From contig CP065002.1 in the NCBI GenBank assembly GCA_016700095.1, positions 368,463 through 432,462 on the forward strand: a stretch of 64,000 nt of DNA, written 5' to 3'. Each line of letters begins with the position of its first letter. The stretch's first letter is position 1. Shown here in pieces: positions 42,782-51,755 of the stretch. Position numbers and translations under genes: made by a program. Origin of the DNA: Candidatus Woesebacteria bacterium (lineage in GTDB: Bacteria > Patescibacteriota > Microgenomatia > UBA8517). The notes beneath the pieces were generated by a model. It did not search any database, was not told where the DNA came from, and saw nothing but the letters and a program-made list of their open reading frames with translations.

Positions 42782-43516
42782 ATGAAAGATAGATTGGGAG
42801 AGTTAATAATATTTGCAAAGAATGTACCGACCTTTATTGCATATGGGTCTTCTGTTTATTTTGGTACTGATGCCCAAGTTTCCCAACAACCACCCTATGG
42901 AAGTGAACCACAAAATCCACACCATACAGTGCAAGTGGATGCGGGAGATGAAGATGGACAAAATATATCTGCGCAGGTAGAGCCGACTCCTAATCCAGAT
43001 AGATGCAGGGCAAGTAATTTAGACTCTGAGGCATTAAGAACTTATCTTGCATGGAGAACAACTGTGGGTGGGGATAAGGAGAAGATTCAGGAAATAATCG
43101 ACAATGGAGGTTTATCCACAATGGGAGGAAATTCTAGTGAAGTTTGTAAACCGGAAGTAGTGCCAGAAGTAACAGTATTTGAAAATATGACTTTGGAGGA
43201 AATGCAAGCCAGGGTTGCAAGAGATTTGCAACATCAGATGGATGAACATAAAGCACCTAATCCTTATATACTACCGGCAATATGTGGAGGAGCTGTGTCT
43301 GCTGTGGCGTTAGTTGCTGGGTATATTGTGATTAAAAAGGCATATAAGAACGCACCCAATATGACTCCGGGGGATGAGTATAGAGAACCTAAACATGGTG
43401 GTAGGGTTGCTAGAACTGATGTGACTGAGGCTCAAAGGACAGATACAGATCCGCTTGAATTATGGAGTAGTTTTATAAATTCAATAGGCAGAAGACCTTC
43501 AGATGAGAATGACTAA
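42782..43516 (+). CDS. Novel tail-anchored protein, paralog 2 (tandem duplicate of 42244..42777)
   Basis: Same ATGAAAGATAGAT start as paralog 1; YGSSVYFGTDAQVSQQPPYGSEPQ...IIDNGGLSTMGGNSSEVC...AICGGAVSAVALVAGYIVIKKAY. The track ORF starts at 42761, but the internal ATG at 42782 is preferred. Confidence 0.55.
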   Translation: MKDRLGELIIFAKNVPTFIAYGSSVYFGTDAQVSQQPPYGSEPQNPHHTVQVDAGDEDGQNISAQVEPTPNPDRCRASNLDSEALRTYLAWRTTVGGDKEKIQEIIDNGGLSTMGGNSSEVCKPEVVPEVTVFENMTLEEMQARVARDLQHQMDEHKAPNPYILPAICGGAVSAVALVAGYIVIKKAYKNAPNMTPGDEYREPKHGGRVARTDVTEAQRTDTDPLELWSSFINSIGRRPSDEND

Positions 43517-43847
43517 TACTTCTTGTTTAACGGGTCTCCTTCATTGATTCTGTTCTATTTGCGTGTCTATCTTCCGGGCTACCTGAATATGCTGATTGTG
43601 GCGCCTGTATTGATGTAGTGGAAGCAATAATAACATCGCTCCTATTACCGATAGCTACAACCCCTCCAGTATTAGTTGGCTCTACACCCATAAGATTTTC
43701 AACATATTGTTGTTTAGTTTCATTCGTTCTTGGGGGAAGATCGTGTTGTCTATCAGCTGTCATAGTGGAATTATAACTATCCTGAGGGAGAAATGCAAAA
43801 CAATAGTTAAGATTGTAATCAGGTTATGTTTTATATATCCTTAAACT

Positions 43848-44330
43848 ATGGACAAAGGAACAAATCTTGTCGATCAGCCTCAAGTACCGGATAAATTACA
43901 AACGGAAATACACGCCGAGGAAGATTCGGAAAAAAACGAATCACATACAATTGTAAATACCCAGCGGACTTACAAGTTACCTTTTGTCATCGTGACTTTA
44001 CTATTCGTACTTTTTTGTGCGTCAAGTGTTTATCTATTTATCCAGAACAACAATCTGACAAATCAGAGAGAATCTTTGGATGCAAAATTAACTAGTTACG
44101 ATACGGATGTTGTTGCCGCACAAAATGAAGCGGAGAAATATCAACTAGAATACGATGAATTGGTAGGAGAGGTAAATGGCTATTTGCGGGAAATGGGAGT
44201 AATTTGCTCGGGAGATAAAATTGATTGTCTGGCAAATTACAGCAAGGAAAACGTCGCGACAGGTTCTTCTAATTTAGATATGAACGAAGCAAATACGTCA
44301 ACTTCTTCAGGGAAATTAGATGGTAATTAA
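43848..44330 (+). CDS. Hypothetical membrane-anchored coiled-coil protein
   Basis: TM LPFVIVTLLFVLFCASSVYLFI followed by a helical region with a QNEAEKYQLEYDELVGE heptad-like pattern; 160 aa. Confidence 0.45.
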   Translation: MDKGTNLVDQPQVPDKLQTEIHAEEDSEKNESHTIVNTQRTYKLPFVIVTLLFVLFCASSVYLFIQNNNLTNQRESLDAKLTSYDTDVVAAQNEAEKYQLEYDELVGEVNGYLREMGVICSGDKIDCLANYSKENVATGSSNLDMNEANTSTSSGKLDGN

Positions 44331-44396
44331 ATAGTAATGATGGTAGGGGATGGGATTTATAATTTGGCTGTTGGGGTTAAGTAATTGGAGTAGGAA

Positions 44397-44456
44397 TGAT
44401 TGCAGGGTTGGACCCTGCAGTTGTGGAATTATTGATTGCAGGGTTGGACCCTGCAG
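44397..44456. repeat. REP-A direct doublet: tgattgcagggttggaccctgcag x2 separated by 12 nt
   Basis: Copies at 44397..44420 and 44433..44456, both in ttgg-loop orientation; 16 nt from the 3' end of tRNA-Arg. Confidence 0.85.
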
Positions 44457-44471
44457 CTGTGCTGCTAATAG

Positions 44472-44543
44472 TGCCCTCGGCAGGAATCGAACCTGCAGCT
44501 AGCCCTTAGGAGGGGCTTGTTTTATCCATTAAACTACGAGGGC
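44472..44543 (-). tRNA. tRNA-Arg (anticodon CCU)
   Basis: Manual fold of the reverse complement GCCCTCGTAGTTTAATGGATAAAACAAGCCCCTCCTAAGGGCTAGCTGCAGGTTCGATTCCTGCCGAGGGCA. Acceptor 7 bp; D stem GTTT/AAAC; anticodon stem AGCCC/GGGCT with loop CTCCTAA; T arm GCAGG-TTCGATT-CCTGC; 72 nt. Confidence 0.85.
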
Positions 44544-44594
44544 ATGAAATGCCAAGTGGTGATAGTAAATTCTGTGGCTTAAACAATTAGATTA

Positions 44595-44622
44595 AGCCCG
44601 TTTATCCATTAAACACGAGAGC
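44595..44622 (-). other. Partial duplicate of the 5' half (acceptor + D arm) of tRNA-Arg, located upstream of the intact gene
   Basis: gcccgtttatccattaaacacgagagca versus ggggcttgttttatccattaaactacgagggca at 44511..44543 (a few mismatches/indels). Confidence 0.5.
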
Positions 44623-44727
44623 ATTATGCCTAACATGTATTATAACAAGAATACATTGAGAATGGTTGTTTAAGGTTGTAAGAGATTATGAAATTCAGTG
44701 TTTTTACGTATGGGATTAGGAATAAAC

Positions 44728-45981
44728 CTACCTCAAACTCACGGAGTAGAGATTGGGGTAAGTATCTGTAGCGCCAAAGTTAGTAAGCAATATTAACCTG
44801 TCGTCGCTTACCGTCGGAAATGCGTAGGGCAAAATATAATTACCGGAATATACGGTTTGTCGATTGGTTCCGTCATAATCCATAATGACAACTTTGTCGC
44901 GGTCTGCGAGAATTATGTTTCTCGAGGTAGGAAACCAGCTTGCTCTTTTGGTATTGTTTGTATCACTATATCCACCTTCAATTATTAATCCTTCCGAGGT
45001 GTCATCGATCAGGTAATTCCGATCCTCTTCGATATCGTATACATATGTATGATTCGTTTTGATATTACGATCTTGTTTTTGGGTAGATGATCCCGGAAAT
45101 GGTTTTACTAAGTTGTCTTTTATGGTTGCTGACCCGCTCGCCAAATACATAACCATGTCGTTGTCGGGAGAAAACAAAACCTGACTTGCTTTGTCATTTA
45201 AGATTTCTGCCAGCTCGTCCGGTAACTCCTCTTTTTGTGAATTAATTATTTTCGCCCAATCGGTTTCCCATTCTTTCAGAATTAATTCTTTTTGGATGGT
45301 AATATTTATCCGTTCGTTTTGGGGCGTGAAGGATTGGGAATTGATTAAATATGCACCTTTGGGTGTCGTAAGCAAAATTTCCCGTCCGTCCGGTGACCAA
45401 ATCCAGGTTGAATTAGTTAAGTCACCGTCCGTAATTTTTCTCGGTTCTCTCGAAAAACCAACCGGTAAGTTAATCGTTTCGAAAATCCATAAACCGTTTT
45501 TGTCGTTTGCGGGATTAACAATGCTTGTTTGAGGTGGTATTGCATAAGCGATTTTGGTGAAATCGCGGGAGGGTGTCGGATTCAAAGCGCCGGTTAAGGT
45601 TGCGGCAGTTAGAGAAGGAGCCAGTTTGAAAAGCTGCGCTTTTACCTCAGTTACAATTTCTGCCTCCAGTGTAAGCCTTTTTGACCACGTCATGAAACCA
45701 TCTTTTCGAACTTCAATATCGTAATTGCCGGGTACAAGGGGAATCGTATCGTCTGTGGCCGATTTTACTTCACCGTTAACGAAAACCTGGGCGCCGGTGG
45801 GTTGTGATTTTATTGCCAGGAGTCCGTGTGGTGATAAACCCGTATCTTTGCTAAAACGGTATCCGCTGGCAAACAAGCCAAGTACTGTAGCGACACTGAT
45901 AACAATTATCCCGGTAATAGAAAAAAGCCCGAGTCTAATCAGATTAATCTTGGAAAACCCTTTGCTCTTTTTTGTCGACAT
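44728..45981 (-). CDS. Membrane-anchored PEGA-domain protein with a C-terminal beta-propeller-like region
   Basis: N-terminal TM; PEGA motif PTGAQVFVNGEVKSATDDTIPLVPGNYDIEVRKDGF; C-terminal TolB/WD-like repeats (DGREILLTT, DNDMVMYLASG); 417 aa. Confidence 0.55.
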   Translation of the reverse strand: MSTKKSKGFSKINLIRLGLFSITGIIVISVATVLGLFASGYRFSKDTGLSPHGLLAIKSQPTGAQVFVNGEVKSATDDTIPLVPGNYDIEVRKDGFMTWSKRLTLEAEIVTEVKAQLFKLAPSLTAATLTGALNPTPSRDFTKIAYAIPPQTSIVNPANDKNGLWIFETINLPVGFSREPRKITDGDLTNSTWIWSPDGREILLTTPKGAYLINSQSFTPQNERINITIQKELILKEWETDWAKIINSQKEELPDELAEILNDKASQVLFSPDNDMVMYLASGSATIKDNLVKPFPGSSTQKQDRNIKTNHTYVYDIEEDRNYLIDDTSEGLIIEGGYSDTNNTKRASWFPTSRNIILADRDKVVIMDYDGTNRQTVYSGNYILPYAFPTVSDDRLILLTNFGATDTYPNLYSVSLR

Positions 45982-46170
45982 AACTTATTATACAGACTAT
46001 TTGGGGGAGTTTTTCAACTCTATTTGATGTTCATGTACATTTAAGGTAAATTGCCTATTAATAATACCTACTTAAATGTCGTAAAATGAGATAATTAATC
46101 AGAAATAAATATTTCATATTACTTCCTTAGTAATACTATGTATATCACAGAGATTAATATAAGTAATTAG

Positions 46171-47283
46171 ATGTTTAGAAAACAAATAGCAATTGATTTG
46201 GGTACAGCAAATACTTTGGTGTGGGTAGTTGGTGAAGGATTAATATCCAATGAACCAACCGTCGTCGCGATTTCCGCAGACGATAGTGCGGTTGTTGCAG
46301 TTGGTAGGGAGGCAAAAAAGATGTTGGGACGGACACCTGAGGCATTGATAGCTTCTAAGCCGATGAGAGAAGGCGTAATCGCCGACTATCAGGTTACCAA
46401 AGCAATGCTGAGGTATTTTATCCAAAAAGCTTACGAATCGTCTGAGGTGATTGACAATCAAGGACGTGTTAAGTCAAGAAAAGATAAAAACAAAGCTAAA
46501 ACTGCACGTACATCAAACTACTTAAAGTATTTACCTTTAGCACGCGTTCAATTTTTCAAGCCCGATGTCATGATATGTGTGCCTGCCGGGTGTACTCAAG
46601 TGGAGAGAAGAGCGGCCTTAGACGCTACACTGGCAGCAGGCGCTGCACATGCGTATTTGATTGATGAACCACTGGCTGCCGCTATCGGTGCGGGAATTCC
46701 GGTATCCGCGCCTTCAGGACATATGATTTTGGATGTCGGTGGAGGTTCGGCAGAGGCTGCGGTTATTTCGCTAGGTGGAGTTGTGGTTCACAAAAGCGTT
46801 CGCGTAGCCGGAAATAAACTAGATGAGGCAATTCAGGAGTATCTAAAGAAAAAACACAATCTAATAGTTGGGGACCAAACAGCCGAGCGAATCAAAATTA
46901 AAATCGGGTCGGCAGTAACGCTTGACAAGGAACAGTCGATTGAAATTTCAGGTCGGGATTTGATTTTTGGTTTACCGCGGAGTGTTGTCATTGGATCAAC
47001 AGAAGTCACCGAGGCGATGAAGCCGGTTTTAATGCAGATTATAGGTGCTGTTAAAGGTGTTTTAGAAGATACGCCTCCCGAGCTTGCAGCAGATATTATT
47101 GATAAGGGTATTGTTATGAGTGGAGGGACAAGTAAACTGAGAAATTTCGATAAATTAATAACCGACGAAACGGGAGTTCCGTCGCATGTTGCCGAAGACG
47201 CTTTGTACTCAGTAGTCCGGGGAACAGGGGTTGTTCTGGAAAACATCGAATTATGGAAACGAAGTGTATCGACAAAACGTTAA
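46171..47283 (+). CDS. mreB: Rod-shape-determining actin homolog MreB (with an internal insertion)
   Basis: IAIDLGTANTLVWV (phosphate-1), LDVGGGSAEAAVISLGG (phosphate-2), GIVMSGGTSKL; 370 aa. Confidence 0.8.
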   Translation: MFRKQIAIDLGTANTLVWVVGEGLISNEPTVVAISADDSAVVAVGREAKKMLGRTPEALIASKPMREGVIADYQVTKAMLRYFIQKAYESSEVIDNQGRVKSRKDKNKAKTARTSNYLKYLPLARVQFFKPDVMICVPAGCTQVERRAALDATLAAGAAHAYLIDEPLAAAIGAGIPVSAPSGHMILDVGGGSAEAAVISLGGVVVHKSVRVAGNKLDEAIQEYLKKKHNLIVGDQTAERIKIKIGSAVTLDKEQSIEISGRDLIFGLPRSVVIGSTEVTEAMKPVLMQIIGAVKGVLEDTPPELAADIIDKGIVMSGGTSKLRNFDKLITDETGVPSHVAEDALYSVVRGTGVVLENIELWKRSVSTKR

Positions 47284-47747
47284 TAATATAAATACTATAT
47301 TGGATTGAAATATTACCGGTATGTATTTACCATTGTACAAATACGTCGTTTTGCTAGTAAACGAAAGATGGTCAATTAAGGTGTATACATACCTTATAGT
47401 ATGTATAATAAATTCAAAAGTCATTGAGGATCAATTGGGGATAAGTGGTAACAATACAAAGCTAAAAATTGCGTAATATTTGTATACAATATGTGTACAT
47501 AATTTATTCTAATATAAATATTAGTAACCTATAAATTAATTAAGTGAATTTTACATCTGCCACTTAATTAAAAGATGGATAAAACGATGAAAAATATATA
47601 TAGGATGTAAAATATCACTTTATATATCTAGTATAATACAGCTTTTACGAACCGTTTTAGTATGTAGGTCAAGGCAGGTTGTAGTTAAATGATAAATTTA
47701 CATTGTTTGTTTGAAAAGTTTGTAAGATAGTAAAGAATCATATAGGC

Positions 47748-48647
47748 ATGAATAGTAAAAATACCTTGATGTCAAAGTCTAAAATAAACCAACATATTGG
47801 GATATTAACTAACATCGGATGTGTTAGCATTACAAGACAAAAAGTGCTAAAAACGGTGCTTGAGCGTCTTACAATAAATAGTCGGCTGATAATCGTAACT
47901 CCAAATGCCGAAATTGCTCTACAAGCGATGCGTGACAAGCGTTTTTCCAACATACTGGAGTCTGCACATATCGTTTTACCTGACGGCATAGGACTAATTG
48001 CAGCAGTCAAATTTATAAGAATGTATTGTCCAAAAAGTAAGATTGCGAGGTTTCCTCTGTTTATCGTTCAAGGCATTGTTATAGGTCTATCAATTCTAAT
48101 TAATAAAAAATGGTTGACTAAAGATATTAATTTAATCAAGGGTCGAGAAATGTTTGTCGATTTAGTCAAACTCGCTAATGAGCGAAAGTGGAAAGTATAT
48201 TTTCTCGGCGGTTGCGGCAATGAGGCCAAAGAAGCCGTAGATGAACTGAAGAAAAAATATGTGCATGTAAGATTTATGTATAAAGAAGGACCACTACTCA
48301 CATTAAACGCACAACCGGCTACACCTGCTGATATAAAACTTAACGAAGCGGTAATTGAGAGTATAAAAAAATATAAACCGCACATGCTTTTTGTCGCATT
48401 TGGAGCTCCCAAGCAGGAAAAGTGGATAGCGGACAACCTTAACAAATTACCGGTGGGGTTAGCCATGACTGTCGGTGGGTCATTCAAGTTTATTTCCGGA
48501 AAATCCAAACTTCCACCCAGGTTGGTAGAAAATCTCGGATTGGAAGCTATGTGGAGGCTGGTTACGGAACCATGGAGGTTTAAGCGAGTATTTAACGCAT
48601 GTGTCGTATTTCCGTATGACATATTCAAAGCCAAATTAGCTCAATAA
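47748..48647 (+). CDS. WecG/TagA/CpsF-family (GT26) glycosyltransferase
   Basis: RLIIVTPNAEIALQAMRD...HIVLPDGIGL...KVYFLGGCGNEAKEAV...MLFVAFGAPKQEKWIADN. Confidence 0.75.
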   Translation: MNSKNTLMSKSKINQHIGILTNIGCVSITRQKVLKTVLERLTINSRLIIVTPNAEIALQAMRDKRFSNILESAHIVLPDGIGLIAAVKFIRMYCPKSKIARFPLFIVQGIVIGLSILINKKWLTKDINLIKGREMFVDLVKLANERKWKVYFLGGCGNEAKEAVDELKKKYVHVRFMYKEGPLLTLNAQPATPADIKLNEAVIESIKKYKPHMLFVAFGAPKQEKWIADNLNKLPVGLAMTVGGSFKFISGKSKLPPRLVENLGLEAMWRLVTEPWRFKRVFNACVVFPYDIFKAKLAQ

Positions 48648-48725
48648 TACTTTGTAGTATGCAAAAATATAAACACGTTAATTAACTAACTTTCTTAAGC
48701 TGATTACAGTAATACTTAGCGATGT

Positions 48726-49565
48726 TTGACTTTTTTTAATATGACAGTTGAAACTGTATCGTATTCTCAAGTGTTTCGTAATCTCCAGGCTGCAGTAAGA
48801 GGAGGTATAAATCATAAAACAAATCACATTGCTGCACATCCGCCCAAAAATGAAGTCTGGGTTCCCGGTGGAAATTTGGACATAATAGCACGGCAAATGT
48901 TAAACGACTTGGGATATAGGGCGCGTTTAGCGAAGTTCGATTTAACTAAACCACATTATTGGCAAAATGTACCCTGGAGTCATGGTAATATTCATCCTAG
49001 AAATTTGTTGGCGTCCTTTGCAGCTTTCTCAGATGACCCTGGGACATATGTTGATGAAAAGTATTTTCCTAGTGACATTGCACAATGCCTCGTGCAAAAT
49101 ATTTGCGACAATGCAGATCGCATGGGTAGACCACTTACCTTGAATGAGCAATTCGTGCTTGCACTGGAAAAGATCGGACCGTATCCAACGGCGTGTGCGA
49201 TTGCACTGCACGCAGGAATTAGAGGGATTGGAAGAAATATGGACAGTAGAATGGGTATTAAGTCAGGTCCGGATAAAATGCAAAAGTTAGCGCTTTCGCT
49301 TGCAGATGTGACTGACACAGGTGATCAGATAGGAGATACATATCACGTCTGGGGAGTAGTAGCAAGCGTATTGACGGGTAATAGTTACATGAATGGAAGA
49401 AGGCTAAACTTAGATGCGTATTTGCTTTTACACAGTGGTCGTTTTGCTGAGCCAATTGCTGTTGTAAGAAAGAAAGTATTTGGAACCGAAACAGCACATG
49501 ACCACAGGTTGGCAAATGCTTTGGGGCAATCGATAGCAAGTAAAATATGGAATGAATTTCATTAA
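48726..49565 (+). CDS. Hypothetical protein
   Basis: 279 aa; no family recognised. Confidence 0.4.
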   Translation: MTFFNMTVETVSYSQVFRNLQAAVRGGINHKTNHIAAHPPKNEVWVPGGNLDIIARQMLNDLGYRARLAKFDLTKPHYWQNVPWSHGNIHPRNLLASFAAFSDDPGTYVDEKYFPSDIAQCLVQNICDNADRMGRPLTLNEQFVLALEKIGPYPTACAIALHAGIRGIGRNMDSRMGIKSGPDKMQKLALSLADVTDTGDQIGDTYHVWGVVASVLTGNSYMNGRRLNLDAYLLLHSGRFAEPIAVVRKKVFGTETAHDHRLANALGQSIASKIWNEFH

Positions 49566-49928
49566 TTAGATAATGTCATTCAAGATACGCGAAAATCCTT
49601 TAGATATTAGCCTGCTGATGAGCAAAGCACTGAACAAGCTTGTTTAGTAATGTGAAGAAACCACAGACTAAACAGTGGTTGTTTGTCAAATGGTTGACTA
49701 GAGTAATAAACGTGCGGAACGACTAAATCAGATGGGAAAAATAATATAGAATGTTCTTTATAAACCCAATACGAAATGCATAATTGTTTTCACTTTTCGG
49801 CAATTCCGTATGATTTACTGCATGCATGTAAAATAGTCACAACAAAGATTTCAAAGGTTATCACACAATCTAGTCCGCGGAGTATTGTTTAATACAATAC
49901 TATTGTCAGGAGTTGGCTGGGGATAATC

Positions 49929-50153
49929 TTATTCGGTTGCGCTTTGCATACCAAGTAGCCACAAAACTGCTTCTTTTTTGTATCTTCTGTCTCCTCGGGA
50001 GTTGATTCTAATCGCGGGTAATTTACCACGTTTGCCCCATCGTTTGATGGTAAGTGGTGATACACGAAGAAGCTCTGCAACCTCGCGTACGGTAAGAAGA
50101 TCGGGAAGTTCACCTAGTTTCAAATTCTTCTTATTTAGTTTATCTGTCATCAT
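49929..50153 (-). CDS. Small HTH_17/excisionase-MerR-type DNA-binding protein
   Basis: LTVREVAELLRVSPLTIKRWGKRGKLPAIRINSRGDRRYKKE; same domain type as the N-terminus of the giant gene at 8910. Confidence 0.65.
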   Translation of the reverse strand: MMTDKLNKKNLKLGELPDLLTVREVAELLRVSPLTIKRWGKRGKLPAIRINSRGDRRYKKEAVLWLLGMQSATE

Positions 50154-50371
50154 TTTTATCCTTTGTATGCTATTTGTTCTAGTTGCGAGGCTAGGTACTT
50201 ACTTAAGTTATTCACAATGTATCAAAGAGGAGGTAAACGTGTCAAGATGGAATTGCAAAGTAAAACCACAAGATGCAATAATTTATACTTATCCGACAGG
50301 CTTTCTGGGGAAACAATCTATCGGATATCTACACAATAATTTACTTGTGCTAATATGAAATAACGAAAGTA

Positions 50372-51181
50372 ATGCCCATGTTTGACGATCAAGTACATGC
50401 CCAAAATAATGAGAATAATTATCCGCAACCTATTCAGCCCGAAGAGGTTAGTTCCAGCCAACATGTTTATCACGCGACTTCGAGTAAAAGACTTGCCCAA
50501 AGCCCGGTTCTATACCTTGCTTTAATTGTCACCTTTGGATCAATTGTGACTACGGGATTACTCGCAAGATCATTATTTACGAAAACACCTCAACAAGCGG
50601 CCAGTGCGAGCGACAGATTTCTCAACTTATCCTATTTATATAAAAGCGATATTCGAAAAGGTGAGGGTGCAAAGATTTTGTACAAACCGGCTTCTCTTTT
50701 GAACATGGAAGTTTTGTATGTTTTGACCTTCGACAATGATAAATATACCCTGAATGAGGAGATAAACGGCATCGTGCAGATATCGGGATCGAAAATTACC
50801 ACAACAAGTGATAATGGAAAATATACCAAGGATTACAAACTTGCGCCTGAAGCGATATTTTTCCTCGATGCGGGCAAGGGTTCACTTGCGACACTGGGAA
50901 GAGACTATGCGTCTGATTTTTTTAATACAGACCGCAAAGTCTATTACGATGTCCTGATTGATAAGGTAAGTGGCGAAGAAACGGTAGTTGTTGTTTATTT
51001 GACTGCCGGACCCGATTATAAACTGAATGTCGGATTTCTCACGGGGGCAGTGACGGAAAAAATTCCCGGAGATAGCGAGTTTACGCTCATGAATTCATCG
51101 GAGCGGGGAAGTGATTATTCACAGGTGTTAAATTTAAATATGGAGACAAAGATCATAAACCTCGAAGAACTTGTCAAGTGA
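50372..51181 (+). CDS. Hypothetical membrane-anchored protein
   Basis: N-terminal cytoplasmic segment then TM VLYLALIVTFGSIVTTGLLA; 269 aa. Confidence 0.45.
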   Translation: MPMFDDQVHAQNNENNYPQPIQPEEVSSSQHVYHATSSKRLAQSPVLYLALIVTFGSIVTTGLLARSLFTKTPQQAASASDRFLNLSYLYKSDIRKGEGAKILYKPASLLNMEVLYVLTFDNDKYTLNEEINGIVQISGSKITTTSDNGKYTKDYKLAPEAIFFLDAGKGSLATLGRDYASDFFNTDRKVYYDVLIDKVSGEETVVVVYLTAGPDYKLNVGFLTGAVTEKIPGDSEFTLMNSSERGSDYSQVLNLNMETKIINLEELVK

Positions 51182-51616
51182 TCTGGGGAATTTGTCTGAA
51201 GAAATGAAGTTTGTAAGTAATGCAGGCTGAATATGGAATATAGTATGTCGGATAGCGAATATTGAATACACTTGGCGAGGCGGGTGGGTTCCACTTCATC
51301 AGTTGTGTCTAAAGCGTAATGGACAGGTTCTACTTTATTAACTATATGTTTTGCATTGCAGGTAGATCCGTCCATAGAAGCTATACCGTAAGTATTGCAG
51401 GTAGGTAGGTTTCCCGTCTCCAGCAGAAAGGGTAAGATTTCTTGTTCCAATTTCTTTGATTAATTATGATGTTAATATTAGTCTAGTGATAATGTGCGAA
51501 ATGCAAATATTCCAATTGTGCTAGATAGAGGTATAGTTTATTATTATTGAAGAGTAACTATATTATCAGATGAGACCAAAATATAAACTCATCCGGCATG
51601 ATTTGTATAATCGTAT

Positions 51617-51639
51617 AACCCCCTACATGGGGGTTTTTT
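51617..51639 (+). terminator. Rho-independent terminator-like hairpin (aaccccc-tacat-gggggtt followed by tttttt)
   Basis: GC stem ccccc/ggggg with a 5-nt loop and a 6-T tract on the plus strand; no annotated plus-strand gene ends within 430 nt upstream. Confidence 0.4.
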
Positions 51640-51683
51640 GTGCTACACAAGATGTATGTAGACATATCCTATAACATGGAATT

Positions 51684-51694
51684 TGTGGTATAAT
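51684..51694 (+). promoter_or_regulatory. Candidate extended -10 promoter element (tgTGgTATAAT) upstream of the 51756 operon
   Basis: TGn + TATAAT consensus 62 nt upstream of the ATG at 51756; no clear -35. Confidence 0.3.
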
Positions 51695-51755
51695 ATTTCC
51701 AAATTTGTGATAGGTGTAATGGAGATAAGTTTTAGCTAAAAGTAATTGTTTTAAT

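Noticed and set aside
39209-44456. Considered whether the REP doublets (two to three identical 17-24-nt units with short spacers) are miniature CRISPR arrays
   Set aside because: Only two units per locus, spacers of 1-12 nt, and units that are perfect hairpins occurring in both orientations are REP-like, not CRISPR-like. No cas genes are present.
48068-48634. Long antisense ORFs 48068..48634 (-), 59079..59750 (-) and 61190..61942 (-)
   Set aside because: Each is fully antisense to a plus-strand gene with clear family motifs or membrane topology (GT26, the polytopic membrane protein, and the ATP-grasp genes), and their products are low-complexity.
51115-51450. 111-aa minus-strand ORF partly in the 574-bp gap
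   Set aside because: Its 3' third overlaps the end of 50372..51181 on the opposite strand and no family or start context supports it. Left uncalled, though a shorter real gene cannot be excluded.
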